Assembly: GCA_030586555.1 (NCBI GenBank)
Contig: JAURAC010000020.1
Coordinates: 17,560-62,862, forward strand
Reading direction: 5' to 3'
Source: Candidatus Subterrananammoxibius californiae
GTDB taxonomy: Bacteria > Planctomycetota > Brocadiia > Brocadiales > Subterrananammoxibiaceae
Length of the DNA stretch: 45,303 nucleotides
Shown here one piece after another: positions 10,293 through 19,430 of this stretch (positions are counted from its first letter, which is position 1; the number at the start of each line of letters is the position of its first letter). The notes beneath the pieces were generated by a model, which ran no database searches, was not told the DNA's origin, and was given only the letters and a program-made list of their open reading frames with translations. A program made the translations under genes and the position numbers.

Positions 10293-11187
10293 AATCAAAG
10301 AAATCTATAACGTTCATCACCACCTAAATTTAACTGTACTAATTGCCAATTATTTCTACTTCACAGGTTTAAGTGCAGGTTCCTTCATACTTTCGACCCT
10401 CGCCTATGGTTTTGGGATGTTGAAGTATAAACCATTAGGGAAGGTTGGTGTTATAATGGCCGTCCTTTTATTAGGCCTTGCACCATTAAACCTTCTGGTA
10501 GAATTGGAACAAACCCCTCGTTTTTATCACCTGTTTATGTATTTAAACCTCACCTCACCTATAACGTACGGTTCATTCTTGCTTACAACCTATCCAATAA
10601 ATTGTATTATTTACGGTTACTTCATGTTTAAAGGGGACATGAAGAAGACAAAAATCTTAGGATTAATTGGAATCCCACTTGCCCTTTCAGTGCATGGATA
10701 TACGGGTTTTATATTAGCCCTCGGCAAGGCACGTATTCTTTGGAATACCGCCTTAATGCCAACGATTTTTCTTGTTTCAGCCATGGTCTCAGGCATTGCG
10801 TTAATGATACTTGTTGTCTTTGTATTAGGTAGATTTGTCTCCCATGATGGAAAGACGCCGAAGGAATTAATTTATGACCTTGTAAATATTCTTGTTTTAA
10901 CTATATTGTTTGACCTTGCACTTGTGGGATGCGATATACTCGTCCTCCTTACATCACATGAGGATGCACTTATGGCCGCCAAGATGATACTTATAGGTAG
11001 CTTTGCGCCAGTTTTTGTTGGCGGTGAGTTAATAATGGGGGCAATTGTACCGCTTGTATTGTTCACTCTTCCATTTACAAAGAGAAATATGTATTGGATT
11101 GCAGTTGCATGTCTTTTAGTCATGCTTGGAATATTCTGTATGAGGTACACAATGGTCGTTGGAGGCCAGTGTTTGCCTCAGAGTTAA
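10285..11187 (+). CDS. NrfD/PsrC family quinone-interacting membrane subunit
   Basis: YFYFTGLSAG, ELEQTPRF, SPITYGS, HGYTG; about 8 hydrophobic segments; overlaps upstream Fe-S gene. Confidence 0.88.
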   Translation: MVEIKEIYNVHHHLNLTVLIANYFYFTGLSAGSFILSTLAYGFGMLKYKPLGKVGVIMAVLLLGLAPLNLLVELEQTPRFYHLFMYLNLTSPITYGSFLLTTYPINCIIYGYFMFKGDMKKTKILGLIGIPLALSVHGYTGFILALGKARILWNTALMPTIFLVSAMVSGIALMILVVFVLGRFVSHDGKTPKELIYDLVNILVLTILFDLALVGCDILVLLTSHEDALMAAKMILIGSFAPVFVGGELIMGAIVPLVLFTLPFTKRNMYWIAVACLLVMLGIFCMRYTMVVGGQCLPQS

Positions 11188-11291
11188 TTATATAGGCTGA
11201 GGGCTTAAGGCTGAAGGCTTAAGGAAAAGATTTTTCCTTCAGTCTCTCTTTTCTTCAGCCATCAGCCTGATTATTGTAGGAGAGACATACC

Positions 11292-13610
11292 GTGGGAAAG
11301 ATTGATAGACGTACGTTTCTAAAATTTGGGATTGGTGGCGCCCTCTTTTCTTGTGAGGCGGTAACAGAGCCACTTACCAAAAAAATTCAAAAAATTAAAG
11401 AGCCTGCTACGAAGGTTTTAGGTGAGTCTAAGAGTGTTTCACGAACTTCTCAAAGGGTTCGTAAAGCAATTCCGACCACCTGCTACAACTGTTCTGCCAA
11501 TTGTGGGATTTATGGATTCACAGAGTATGGACGTGTGGTGAAGATAGAGGGCGTTCCTGAAAATCCAAACAATCGTGGCAAGACCTGTGGAAAGGGTCAA
11601 GCAGGACTCAATATGGTCTATGACGAAGAAAGGCTTCTTACGCCCCTTAAAAGAACAGGAGCAAGGGGAAAAGGACGTTGGGAACAAATATCATGGGAAC
11701 AAGCCCTTGATGAGATTACCAATCGCCTTAAGGAGTTAAAAGAGAAAGGAACACCAGAACAGCTCGTGTTTGAGGCTGAAGGCTCGCCTATGACAGAGCT
11801 TATAGCCCGACGATTCCTTAATGCGTTTGGTTCACCAAATGCAGTTGTTCATTCAAGGCTTGGAAACGAAAACAAAATTACTGCCCAGAGGCTCACGTGG
11901 GGCGCAAATCTTGAGGTGCCAGACGTTAGCAATTCAAACTATATATTGCTTTTTGGCAGTAATCCCTATGAGTCCCATCCACTCTACATTAATCTCGCGC
12001 AGAGGATTGTAGAGGCAAGGATGAAAAACAAGGCAAAGGTAATCGTTTTTGACGTCCGGCTGACACAAACGTCTGCGAAAAGTGACACGTGGTATCCAAT
12101 AAATCCTGGTTCAGATGCAGCCATTGCCCTTGCAATGTGTAATGTAATTATTGAGGAAGGGCTGGCAGACGTGGATTTCATCAATAACTGGACCAATTAC
12201 CCATTTGAAAAACTTAAAGCCTATCTAAAGAAATATACCCCTGAAACGGCAGAGATATTTAGCGGTGTATCAGCCTCTGATATTCGTGAGATAGCCAGGC
12301 AATTTGCAACATTTAAGCCTTCTATAGCGATTTCGGGAGGGGGCGTTACAAAGCACGAAAATGGCGTATATACAGAACGATGTATAATGCTTTTAAATGC
12401 TGTTGCAGGTAACATTGACGTAAAAGGTGGATACTGCCTGCCAAGAACCTATGCCTTAAAGGAACCAGAACCGGTTCCTCCTGCGGTAGATGGTGGAACG
12501 TCTGCAATATGCGGCAAATCTGAAGATACCGTTCTGGACCATGCCAGTAGACAAGGGGTTCTTTCCTCTATTAAAGAGGGAAAACAGAAGGTCGGCGTGT
12601 ACATGCTTTGTGAATACAATCCTGCATATTCAAGCCCCGAATGTCAGCACGTTTCCGCATTGTTAAGAGACGAAAGTAAAATACCATTCTTTGTTGCTAT
12701 AGATACTTATATGACTGAAACGGCTGCATTAGCAGATATAGTCTTACCGTATCCCACATATCTTGAGAGGAGTGACATTTTCTCTCCGCCAAGCTTCTCT
12801 ATGGTGCCAATGCTGAGTTTGTGTCAGCCTGTTGTTAATCCCGTTGGTGAAAGTAAGTCGCTTTACTGGATTACGTCCAATCTGGCAAATAAGCTGGGGG
12901 AAGAGATGCAAACTTACTTCCGTTTTGGAGAGGACATCTTTCTTCAGGCAGCAATCCACCACTTTACAGGTTTAACTAACAAAGGTGGTATTTTTTATCT
13001 TATGCAGCACGGTCTCTGGTACGATACGGATGCAAAACCTCGGTATAAGCTTTATGAGGAGAAAGGTTTTAATACCTCCAGTGGAAAGTTTGAGATATTT
13101 TCTGAACTTTTGGCAAGAAAAGGGTTTAATCCACTCCCAACGTATGACCCTATACATGAACGGTCAGTAGTTAGTAATGGGAAGTTTATCCTGGTTCCTT
13201 TCAGTACGAGCGTACATACTGCCGATAGAACTGCCGGTAGCGTTCTGCTCTCAGAAGTGGTGCACGATAACCCACTGTGGATGAATGCCGAGGTGGCACA
13301 TAAACTCAAATTGAAGGAGGAAGATAAGGTTGTTGTTATTTCAAAATCAGGCAGACTAATAACCAGACTGCGCACAAGTCAGGGTGTACATCCTAACGTT
13401 GTAGCAATGGCAACAAATTGTGGACATTGGGAGTTTGGTCGTGTTGCAAGGGCTAAAAACTTTAAAACTAAGAACCCTGAAACGTCACTGATTTGGTGGG
13501 AGAAAGAAGGAAATGGAGTAAATCCAGCCGTGATAACGCCACCCACAGTTGACCCCATTGGCGGCGGGCAGGGATGGATGGATACTATTGTAGAGGTTAA
13601 GAAGGTCTGA
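11292..13610 (+). CDS. Tat-exported molybdopterin oxidoreductase catalytic subunit (Psr/Arr/Ttr-like DMSO reductase superfamily)
   Basis: IDRRTFLK Tat motif, CYNCSANC...CGKG 4Fe-4S motif, ISWEQAL, TETAALADIVLP. Confidence 0.88.
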   Translation: MGKIDRRTFLKFGIGGALFSCEAVTEPLTKKIQKIKEPATKVLGESKSVSRTSQRVRKAIPTTCYNCSANCGIYGFTEYGRVVKIEGVPENPNNRGKTCGKGQAGLNMVYDEERLLTPLKRTGARGKGRWEQISWEQALDEITNRLKELKEKGTPEQLVFEAEGSPMTELIARRFLNAFGSPNAVVHSRLGNENKITAQRLTWGANLEVPDVSNSNYILLFGSNPYESHPLYINLAQRIVEARMKNKAKVIVFDVRLTQTSAKSDTWYPINPGSDAAIALAMCNVIIEEGLADVDFINNWTNYPFEKLKAYLKKYTPETAEIFSGVSASDIREIARQFATFKPSIAISGGGVTKHENGVYTERCIMLLNAVAGNIDVKGGYCLPRTYALKEPEPVPPAVDGGTSAICGKSEDTVLDHASRQGVLSSIKEGKQKVGVYMLCEYNPAYSSPECQHVSALLRDESKIPFFVAIDTYMTETAALADIVLPYPTYLERSDIFSPPSFSMVPMLSLCQPVVNPVGESKSLYWITSNLANKLGEEMQTYFRFGEDIFLQAAIHHFTGLTNKGGIFYLMQHGLWYDTDAKPRYKLYEEKGFNTSSGKFEIFSELLARKGFNPLPTYDPIHERSVVSNGKFILVPFSTSVHTADRTAGSVLLSEVVHDNPLWMNAEVAHKLKLKEEDKVVVISKSGRLITRLRTSQGVHPNVVAMATNCGHWEFGRVARAKNFKTKNPETSLIWWEKEGNGVNPAVITPPTVDPIGGGQGWMDTIVEVKKV

Positions 13611-13620
13611 CTTTAAATTA

Positions 13621-13698
13621 GTGGTAGACAACGAACTTTATGTTCGTTGAAAACAAACGCGCCCACAAAGTGGGCACCCGAACCTCGTTGTCTACCAC
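13621..13698. repeat. GTAG-type REP-like palindrome; related inverted copy at 26223-26289
   Basis: gtggtagacaacga...tcgttgtctaccac arms; shared tcaacgaacRtaaagttcgttgtctac arm. Confidence 0.8.
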
Positions 13699-13723
13699 TT
13701 AGATATAGAGGGAGTTTAAACTT

Positions 13724-14965
13724 ATGACTTTGCCTAAAATTTCTGTTAAACTTATAATTTTTGCTGGCTTTGTTGGCGCTGTTATCGGTTTAGGCGCCTT
13801 TGCCTGGCTAATAAAATTCACTCATTCTGGCACACGGTTTGGAAAAGCATATTGCATGACCTGTCACCGCTATCAGGGACGTTCAGAGTTCTGGAGAGAT
13901 TCGACACTCCATCCTGCAAGCGTAACATGTGATGCCTGCCATGCAGCACCTGGCGAGCTTATACCAGCGAATTTCTGCTCTTCGCCCGAACGAATGAATC
14001 AAAACTGTATAAGATGCCATGAAAACATGTTGTACAATAACGACTGGCAAGTTTTGAAGACAAATGTTCAGAAGATAAAGATTCAGCATGGCGTTCACAT
14101 TGAAAAGGCAAAAACTCTGTGCACGGACTGTCATAATAATATTTCACATGACGGTTCACCCAGTCCTACAAATCGTCCTCACATGACGAAGTGTTTCGAC
14201 TGTCACAATCTTGAAAAGACAACCTGCAGAACCTGCCATACTGAAGGAATTTATCCAGAACCACAGTTGACAGAGGTCTCTATCAGGACGTGCAGTTCGT
14301 GTCACGTTGATTTCGTTCAAAGAAGCGTACAGCCAAAGTATCCTTATTTTCAGCACCAGAAGCACTTGCTAATGCTTATGGAGTGCAAGACATGCCACTC
14401 AACCACGGAGCCTCATCCTAAGACTGTAGTTAGCAAGCTTGACTGCCTGAATTGCCATCACAAGGAGATGGACACTAAAACGTGCAACGAGTGCCATCTG
14501 CGTCAGTTTAAGCTGTATCATGGAGAAAAGTTCGATAGTATTAAAGGACACCAGAATCCTATGGCAAAGGTGGGCATGTCCTGCGAACTTGGATGTCATA
14601 AAGATATCAAGAAAGGACACAGTGTAGAAAACGTCAGGCAGTGGTGTATAGGATGCCACGGAGAACAATACGGACAGATGCTTGACGAATGGCGTGCATC
14701 ACTTGGCAGTTATAGCGAAGAACTTCATGCCCTTTTAACCGTTGCGGAACAAACGGTAGGCGGTCTTGATGAAAAGGATGAAACTTGTGAGAGGGCAAAA
14801 TGCCAGATTGGCTCAGCAAAATCCGCCCTTGACATGGTCGAAAGAGGCAAGGGTGCACACAACTTTGAGTATTCTCAGAAAATACTTGAAGACACACGTG
14901 AAAAACTTCAGAATACTATTCAGGACATTGTTAAGCATGAGGGCAAGTTAGAGCCAGGGATGTAA
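13724..14965 (+). CDS. Membrane-anchored multiheme cytochrome c (11 CxxCH + 1 CxxxCH)
   Basis: N-terminal TM helix; motif count from translation; C-terminal helical region with GAHNFEYS. Confidence 0.88.
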   Translation: MTLPKISVKLIIFAGFVGAVIGLGAFAWLIKFTHSGTRFGKAYCMTCHRYQGRSEFWRDSTLHPASVTCDACHAAPGELIPANFCSSPERMNQNCIRCHENMLYNNDWQVLKTNVQKIKIQHGVHIEKAKTLCTDCHNNISHDGSPSPTNRPHMTKCFDCHNLEKTTCRTCHTEGIYPEPQLTEVSIRTCSSCHVDFVQRSVQPKYPYFQHQKHLLMLMECKTCHSTTEPHPKTVVSKLDCLNCHHKEMDTKTCNECHLRQFKLYHGEKFDSIKGHQNPMAKVGMSCELGCHKDIKKGHSVENVRQWCIGCHGEQYGQMLDEWRASLGSYSEELHALLTVAEQTVGGLDEKDETCERAKCQIGSAKSALDMVERGKGAHNFEYSQKILEDTREKLQNTIQDIVKHEGKLEPGM

Positions 14966-15139
14966 GGCTTTAAAGAGATTAAAAAGCTAAAAAGCTAAGA
15001 GGCTAAGAGGTTACAAATAGGCTGAAGGCTGAGGGCTTAAGGCTGAAGAAAAAATCTTTTCCTTCAGCCCTAAGCCTCTTTTTTCTTAAGCCTTTTAACC
15101 TTTTAGCCTCTTTGCCTTTTAACCTTTTCATTTTTTTAA

Positions 15140-15985
15140 ATGAATAGAATTGACAAAAAATTTCAGGACCTGCGTAATAAAAGAGAACCAGCTTTCATAC
15201 CCTTTATCTCTGCAGGTGACCCCGATTTACCAACTACAAAGTCCCTTATCCTTGAACTTGAAAAGAGGGGCGCTGACGTTATAGAATTGGGGTTTCCTTT
15301 TTCTGACCCAATAGCTGATGGACCCATCATCCAGGCTTCGTATTATAGGGCGCTTTCAAAGGGACAGAAGGTTTCACAGATTTTTGACCTCATTAGCGAC
15401 ATAAGAAAATCCGCCTCAGGCGGACAGATTCCAATCGTTTCTATGGCTTCTTACAGTATAGTCTTTAAGAGTGGGTGTGAAAGATTTATAGAAACGGCAT
15501 TAAACGCCGGTCTGGACGGGGCAACCATTCCTGACCTGCCAATAGAAGAAAGCGACGAAGTCTTCAAGATTGCGGAAAAAAAAGATTTTAAGATTGTGTG
15601 CTTTGTTGCCCCTACAACCACGGAACACCGCAGAGACATAATTGCAAGGAAATCCCAGGGTTTCATATATTATATTTCAGTGGTTGGGATTACAGGCGTA
15701 AGGGATACGCTGCCTACCGATATGATTGAAAACATAAGGAAATTGAGGCAGTTAACGAATACGCCTATTTCGATAGGCTTTGGAGTCTCTACGCCCGAGC
15801 AGGCAAAGACCGTAGGACAGATAGCAGATGGTGTAATTGTAGGAAGCGCTATCATTAAAATGATTGAAAAATATCAGGATAAATCCCTAAAAGAACTCGT
15901 ACAAGCGGTTGGGGATTTTGCCGAAAACCTTATAATCGGAGCCAAAGAGGCACGGACAAATAAGTTTGTCCATGCCACCCTTTGA
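15140..15985 (+). CDS. trpA: Tryptophan synthase alpha subunit
   Basis: IELGFPFSDPIADGPIIQ, PDLP, GFIYYISVVGITG, ADGVIVGSA. Confidence 0.97.
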   Translation: MNRIDKKFQDLRNKREPAFIPFISAGDPDLPTTKSLILELEKRGADVIELGFPFSDPIADGPIIQASYYRALSKGQKVSQIFDLISDIRKSASGGQIPIVSMASYSIVFKSGCERFIETALNAGLDGATIPDLPIEESDEVFKIAEKKDFKIVCFVAPTTTEHRRDIIARKSQGFIYYISVVGITGVRDTLPTDMIENIRKLRQLTNTPISIGFGVSTPEQAKTVGQIADGVIVGSAIIKMIEKYQDKSLKELVQAVGDFAENLIIGAKEARTNKFVHATL

Positions 15986-17208
15986 GCAAAGCATTGAACG
16001 GAAACATTGTTATAAAGATTGAAAATCTTACGAAAATATACAAGGACTTTGAGCGTAAGCGAGAGATTACAGCTATTACCAACCTTAATGTAGAAATACT
16101 TAAGGGGGAAATCCTCGGGATATACGGTCCTGTTGGTTCTGGAAAGACTACACTTGCGAGGCTCTTATCAGGCCAGGACATCCCCACAAGTGGTGCAATA
16201 ACAATCTCCGAAAAGTCGCCTACAGACCCAAAAGTAAAGGGCACGATAGGCGTTTTGCCCGACAAATCATACGTTAAAAGATTTTCAAATGCAGAAGAAG
16301 CGCTCCATTTCCTTGGACGTTCTTCCAGTGTCCCGCGCGAGCAAAGGAAAAAATGGATAAACCAGCTCCTCGTTCTGACAGGGCTTGATAAGGTTAGGAA
16401 ATCGCCTATAAAAGGGTTTCCTGAAAAGATGATGAGAAAATTAAACATTGCATTAGCCCTGATTAATAACCCTGAGTTTGTTATTCTTGATGAGCCATTT
16501 GAGGGTTTAGAACCTGCAGATGTTAAGGAAATTAAGAATATTATTCTTGACTTGAAAGGACGCGGGAAAACTATAGTAATATTTGCCAACACCACCCAAG
16601 AAATTCAAGGTATTTGTGATAGAATCTTGCTGTTAGAGAAAGTACGCGTAGAAGCTCCAGTATCTATTCCTGCTCGTCCTGCGGAAGCAAGGCGCATAGA
16701 GGCACCTGTTGCCGTAAAGGAAGAAGCCGCAGCTCTTGAAGAAGTTGTAGTTACAAGGAGAAACTTTTTTGCCATTGCGGGGACGAGTCTTCTGGGGATT
16801 ATATCCTTTTTTATGGCTATACCGCTTGCGGTTTATGCTATAGTACCGGCATTGAGGAGGGATGTTGGCAGGTGGATTGAGATTGGAGACGTTGAGGGTT
16901 TCTTCCTTGGTACGCCATCCAAGGCTACAGCAGCTATGCTCGTAAGGGATGGATGGGCTACGGTAAAGAAAAGCCAGAATCTCTTTGTTATAAAAGATGA
17001 AAACGGGCAATTTATAATCTTTTCAGATAGATGCACACACCTCGGCTGTGCAGTTAGATGGGACGATGAGAAGAATCAGTTTCTATGTCCTTGCCATAAT
17101 GGCATATTTGATATCAATGGTAATGTTATTGCAGGACCTCCACCGGAACCCCTTAGAAGATTAGACTATAAAGTTGCAGAGGGGAGATTATTAGTAAGCA
17201 TTGTGTAA
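15982..17208 (+). CDS. Fusion of ABC-type ATPase domain and Rieske [2Fe-2S] subunit of a Rieske/cytochrome b complex
   Basis: Walker A GPVGSGKTT, Walker B VILDEP; Ala/Pro/Glu linker; TRRNFF + TM helix; CTHLGC and CPCHNG Rieske boxes. Confidence 0.85.
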   Translation: MSKALNGNIVIKIENLTKIYKDFERKREITAITNLNVEILKGEILGIYGPVGSGKTTLARLLSGQDIPTSGAITISEKSPTDPKVKGTIGVLPDKSYVKRFSNAEEALHFLGRSSSVPREQRKKWINQLLVLTGLDKVRKSPIKGFPEKMMRKLNIALALINNPEFVILDEPFEGLEPADVKEIKNIILDLKGRGKTIVIFANTTQEIQGICDRILLLEKVRVEAPVSIPARPAEARRIEAPVAVKEEAAALEEVVVTRRNFFAIAGTSLLGIISFFMAIPLAVYAIVPALRRDVGRWIEIGDVEGFFLGTPSKATAAMLVRDGWATVKKSQNLFVIKDENGQFIIFSDRCTHLGCAVRWDDEKNQFLCPCHNGIFDINGNVIAGPPPEPLRRLDYKVAEGRLLVSIV

Positions 17209-17250
17209 TTTAGCTCATAGTTTATAGCTCATGGCTCAAGGAATAAGAAC

Positions 17251-18843
17251 GTGTCAGTAGCAAAAAAACTGTACGACTGGTTTGAGGATAGACTTGGAGC
17301 GGTGGCGATAGTATCAAAATTTCTTAAAGAGCCGCTGCCTGCATCTGTAAGCTGGCCATATTGTCTCGGCAGCCAGGCGCTGTTTCTGTTAATAATACAA
17401 TTTGTAACAGGCGCCTTTTTGGGGATGAACTATTCCCCTTCTCCCGAACAAGCGTATCAGAGCGTTAAATACGTAACGGAAGAGATTCCTCTTGGTTATA
17501 TAGTGCGTGGGTTGCATCACTGGTCTGCGACATTTTTAGTAATTGTCCTTGTAATGCACATGCTCAGGATAATTTTCTTCGGCTCTTACAAAAAACCGAG
17601 AGAGTTGACATGGATTGTAGGCGTCATGATGTTCTTTATTGTACTTGGTTTTGGATTTACAGGATATCTTCATCCCTGGGACCAGAAGGCATACTGGGCG
17701 ACAGTCGTAGGAACAAATATTGCAGGGGATGTTCCTGTGATAGGAAAGTATATTACGCGCATACTGAGAGGCGGAGCAGATGTTGGCACGGTGGCATTAA
17801 CCCGATTCTACGCAGTACACGTTTTCTTCCTGCCAGCGATGCTCGTTCCTCTAATTATTGCTCACATATATTTAATGAGAAGGCATGGCATATCAAGCCA
17901 CTTCAGGATTAAAGAAGGAACGAAAGAAAAGACCATCCCTTTCTTTCCTGACCATGCCTTTAAAGATGCTGTTGTTTTTTCTGGAGTCTTTATAATCCTT
18001 GTTACTGTAGTATTAAATATACCAGCAAAACTGGAAGAGATTGCAAATCCAACAGACACAGCGTACATCCCGCGTCCCGAGTGGTATTTCCTTTTCTTAT
18101 TTGAGATGCTCAAATATTTCAAGGGACCTTTTAAGGTCATTGGGACAGTGGTTATACCAGCCGTTGGAGCATGTATACTTATTGCCTTGCCTTTTATTGA
18201 CTTCAGGAAGGAAAGGAATCCCTTCAAAAGACCCATTGTATCGTCACTTACAGTTGTTACTTTGGTTCTTTTAATAGGTCTGACGATTCTGGGCGGTAGA
18301 AAACCCCCTCACGAGGAAGAAATAGCGCATGTGGCAATGGGCTCAGACTGCGGCAGATGCCATGTTCAACAACAAAACATGTATCTCGGCATAAGGGACG
18401 ATGGCACTCCACCCGTAGCCGACCCGATGGCTGTTGCGGAGATGTCATGTAATATTGGATGCCACAGAGACCTCAAAGCAGGGCACGACGTTACAGTCAT
18501 TAGAAAAAATTGCGTAGCATGTCATGGCGCAGAGTACGGTCAGATGTTTGATGATTGGCAGCATGCCGAGTTAGAATCCGTTGAGGGAATTAAGGCATTT
18601 ATTGAACTTCTTACGGTTGCAGAGGAAAAGATTATAACCGGTGAGGGTAAAGAGGAAATACGCAAGGCAATCAAGGCAGAGATAGATTCAGCTACTACTA
18701 TTATAGACTTCGTTGAAAAAGCCAAAGGGATTCACAATATGAATTACAGCAGGGCATTGGTGGCTAATGTAAAAGAAAGACTCCAGACGGCACTTCAAAC
18801 ACTTTTTGAACAATTGAAAGCAGGTTCGCAGCCCGAGGCATAA
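17251..18843 (+). CDS. Cytochrome b (b6 + subunit IV-like) fused to C-terminal triheme cytochrome c domain
   Basis: RGLHHWSA, HMLR, PWDQKAYWA, RFYAVH, PEWY; CGRCH, CNIGCH, CVACH. Confidence 0.9.
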   Translation: MSVAKKLYDWFEDRLGAVAIVSKFLKEPLPASVSWPYCLGSQALFLLIIQFVTGAFLGMNYSPSPEQAYQSVKYVTEEIPLGYIVRGLHHWSATFLVIVLVMHMLRIIFFGSYKKPRELTWIVGVMMFFIVLGFGFTGYLHPWDQKAYWATVVGTNIAGDVPVIGKYITRILRGGADVGTVALTRFYAVHVFFLPAMLVPLIIAHIYLMRRHGISSHFRIKEGTKEKTIPFFPDHAFKDAVVFSGVFIILVTVVLNIPAKLEEIANPTDTAYIPRPEWYFLFLFEMLKYFKGPFKVIGTVVIPAVGACILIALPFIDFRKERNPFKRPIVSSLTVVTLVLLIGLTILGGRKPPHEEEIAHVAMGSDCGRCHVQQQNMYLGIRDDGTPPVADPMAVAEMSCNIGCHRDLKAGHDVTVIRKNCVACHGAEYGQMFDDWQHAELESVEGIKAFIELLTVAEEKIITGEGKEEIRKAIKAEIDSATTIIDFVEKAKGIHNMNYSRALVANVKERLQTALQTLFEQLKAGSQPEA

Positions 18844-18920
18844 CAAATTACAGTACATAAGATTTAACACGACAAAGATGAAATGCCTTTTTATGTTACG
18901 AAAATTGGAAAGGATTATAC

Positions 18921-19016
18921 CCGGCGATGGGTTCTATTTTGCGAATCTTCTTCCAATCCTCTGATTTTATAAGCCATTTACGCAACGTCTCACCGCTTAT
19001 TTTAATTCTATCCAAT
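18921..19016 (-). pseudogene. Short transposase remnant (ISNCY/IS1202-like)
   Basis: Minus strand reads LDRIKISGETLRKWLIKSEDWKKIRK then, frameshifted, NRTHRR; resembles the remembered ISxETLRKWL..W..RK..HR motif. Confidence 0.5.
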
Positions 19017-19218
19017 GACGTACCGAATTAATTATGTGTAATCGTTTTAGTTCTCTCTGACCCACCTCACGACATGTCCACGGCATGTCGCCATGGCATG
19101 CGCCATGAGGTGTTGGTAATGTTCATTCTTGCCGTATTGCCCTCCTTCCAGGAAGTGCATTATAGCATCTCCAAAATAGGACATTTTTATGTTTCTAACA
19201 CATCGGGGCATTTATCAC

Positions 19219-19247
19219 TTGACATTTTAGAAGCCGTCATATAAAAT
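19219..19247 (+). promoter_or_regulatory. Sigma70-type promoter with no nearby ORF
   Basis: TTGACA (19219-24), 17 nt, TAAAAT (19242-47). Confidence 0.65.
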
Positions 19248-19259
19248 TAAAAAAGTTTA

Positions 19260-19430
19260 ATTATTAGAATCTGAAGGCTTACCGTTGGGAATTCCTTGGT
19301 ACATAAGCGTAACATCTTTTCCTTGCCTAAATTATAAGTAAACATGTGTTTAAAGGCAATTGGTAAAGCAAAAAGGGTCTTAATACGTAGGTGATATGTA
19401 AGAAAATAACCCACGACCCATAACTGAAAA
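19260..19430 (+). ncRNA. Candidate 6S RNA (rod-like structured ncRNA)
   Basis: Nested complementary blocks cgttggg/cccacg, tacata/tatgta, cgta/tacg, ctttt/aaaag, ttgcct/aggcaa; directly after a promoter, upstream of rny; ends approximate. Confidence 0.4.

Noticed and set aside
15930..16595. Long antisense ORFs (221 aa here, 242 aa at 21322..22050, 171 aa at 36261..36776 and similar)
   Set aside because: Shadow frames opposite well-supported genes
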